Assembly: GCA_001602925.1 (NCBI GenBank)
Contig: LUZT01000006.1
Coordinates: forward strand, 632,438-696,437
Direction of reading: 5' to 3'
Length of the DNA stretch: 64,000 bases
DNA from: Chlorobiales bacterium Clorobi_01
Lineage (GTDB): Bacteria; Bacteroidota; Chlorobiia; Chlorobiales; Chlorobiaceae
Made by a program: the position numbers and the translations under genes. The notes beneath the pieces are model-generated. The model had not been told where the DNA came from and did not search any database. It saw only the letters and a program-made list of their open reading frames with translations. Of this stretch, positions 62,659 to 64,000 are shown in pieces; the stretch's first letter is position 1, and every line of letters begins with the position of its first letter.

Positions 62659-62821
62659 CTTAAAGCCCTTGGTCATTCAGGAATTTTTATAAGTATCGAT
62701 TTCTCCATTTTCGACATGATTGTTCCCGTCGAGTGATTCCTTTTTTGTGCCGTGAATTCTGAGGGATATATTTCAATAGAAGTATCACGACTCGCTTCAA
62801 CGGTTCAAACAGGGATGCAGG

Positions 62822-63736
62822 ATGAGCGATCAGGTTTCAACTGCGGCGCGCGATCATGAGTGGTTTGACTATTACCAGCGCTTCAGCTATTTCTCTCCGG
62901 AATCGGTGCGTGATGGTTGTCATCCCAGAATCCTGGAGCATCCACAATCGCCCCAGAAGGCGATTGTTCTCGTTCATGGTCTTTCCGATTCTCCTTACTT
63001 CATGACGGCGATCGGTGACTATTTTTTCAATCGCCTCGGTTACAATGTCTACATGCCATTGCTGCACTGCCACGGTTTGAGAGAGCCAAACGGTATGGAG
63101 GGAGTCGAACTCGAAGAGTGGAAGTCGAATGTCAGCTTTGCCATCAGCACGGCGGCGCGGAAGTCGAGCGAGGTTTCAATCGGCGGGCTGTCCACCGGCG
63201 GAACGCTGGGCTTGTACATGGCAGCGATCAATCCGAAAATCCGGGGCACACTCTATCTCTTCTCGGCGGCACTCGATCTGGCGGGCGGCCCGTTTGGCCT
63301 CGTCGGAGAGCTGAAAGAGAAGCTGCTGCTGACCTTTCTGACTGATCTCCTCGATTTTAACACTCCTTTGATCGGAGAGAATCCCTACCGGTACAGCTCG
63401 GTTGACATGGATGGCGCGGTGCAACTTGCCCGGCTCATCAAGGAGACCGACATTATCATCGACCTGTTCGACTCACGATTTCCCTTTTCTGAAAAAGTGT
63501 TTGCGGCGCACTCCGAATCCGACACTACCGCCGATATTGCCGGCATCGAAGCATTGCAGAATATCTCTGATCAAGCGCGATTCAACTTTTTTAGAATTCC
63601 CAAAAATCTCTCCGTGCCACACGCGAGCGTCGTGCTCGACATGCCGATTGAGCACGATGGCAAAGAGCTGGAACCCCGGAACCCGCTGTTCCCTGAAATG
63701 ATGCAGGCAATAGCAGCTTTTGAAACAATCGGATAA
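62822..63736 (+). CDS. Alpha/beta hydrolase (carboxylesterase-like)
   Basis: VLVHGLSDSP, nucleophile elbow GLSTGG, SDTTAD, VPH catalytic-triad candidates. Confidence 0.9.
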   Translation: MSDQVSTAARDHEWFDYYQRFSYFSPESVRDGCHPRILEHPQSPQKAIVLVHGLSDSPYFMTAIGDYFFNRLGYNVYMPLLHCHGLREPNGMEGVELEEWKSNVSFAISTAARKSSEVSIGGLSTGGTLGLYMAAINPKIRGTLYLFSAALDLAGGPFGLVGELKEKLLLTFLTDLLDFNTPLIGENPYRYSSVDMDGAVQLARLIKETDIIIDLFDSRFPFSEKVFAAHSESDTTADIAGIEALQNISDQARFNFFRIPKNLSVPHASVVLDMPIEHDGKELEPRNPLFPEMMQAIAAFETIG

Positions 63737-63955
63737 GGCGTTTTTTGCCCGGTGCATGACGAATAATGTCAGAGGGCGTGATAACGATTTCTCTCTGGAT
63801 TTCGAGTGTTTGTGACGGCATGGGAGACGGTGTGAGCCTCTCTGTCGTTGAGCACTTTTCGATGATATTTTGTACACCAGGCATATGAGTTTCGATTGCG
63901 ATAAAGGTAAGCTGAAATAACCTTTTCCGGTCTCTTCAATGCAACTCTGATTCCC

Positions 63956-64000
63956 ATGAAGCTCTCTGAAACTGCTGAAAAAGCCATTGCCGCTTATGGC
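63956..64000 (+). CDS. Possible 5' end of a gene running off the window
   Basis: ATG followed by an open frame MKLSETAEKAIAAYG to the window edge; only 15 codons visible. Confidence 0.35.
   Translation, partial: MKLSETAEKAIAAYG

Overview
A 64 kb chromosomal window from a green sulfur bacterium (Chlorobi, probably Chlorobaculum-like; inferred from gene content, the SAM-Chlorobi-like leader and the nuo-hup synteny). Most of it is core genome: ahcY-metK, a four-tRNA cluster, pheT-zapB-like-zapA-6S RNA-rny, hisB, secG, lptF, ribD/ribE, rarA, an 11-subunit complex I (nuoABCDHIJKLMN, no nuoEFG), an intact group 1 [NiFe]-hydrogenase (hupSLCD), queD-folE and eight tRNAs in total. There are two accessory regions. 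At the left end is a low-GC gene fusing an HD domain to an Hsp90-like GHKL ATPase, a candidate anti-phage/conflict gene. At about 58.3-63.7 kb is the best candidate for an undescribed system: a tightly spaced five-gene operon. It pairs a 131-aa protein, whose C-terminus carries eight His/Tyr-X-Asp/Asn triplets, with a radical SAM/SPASM enzyme, giving a putative triceptide-like (cyclophane) RiPP. It is flanked by secreted/membrane proteins and has no dedicated transporter or protease. Smaller signals include a REPIN-like repeat doublet, a hairpin-occluded SD followed by an ATG-TAA mini-ORF, and the six-cysteine O2-tolerance signature in HupS. All assignments come from reading motifs by eye; no searches were run.
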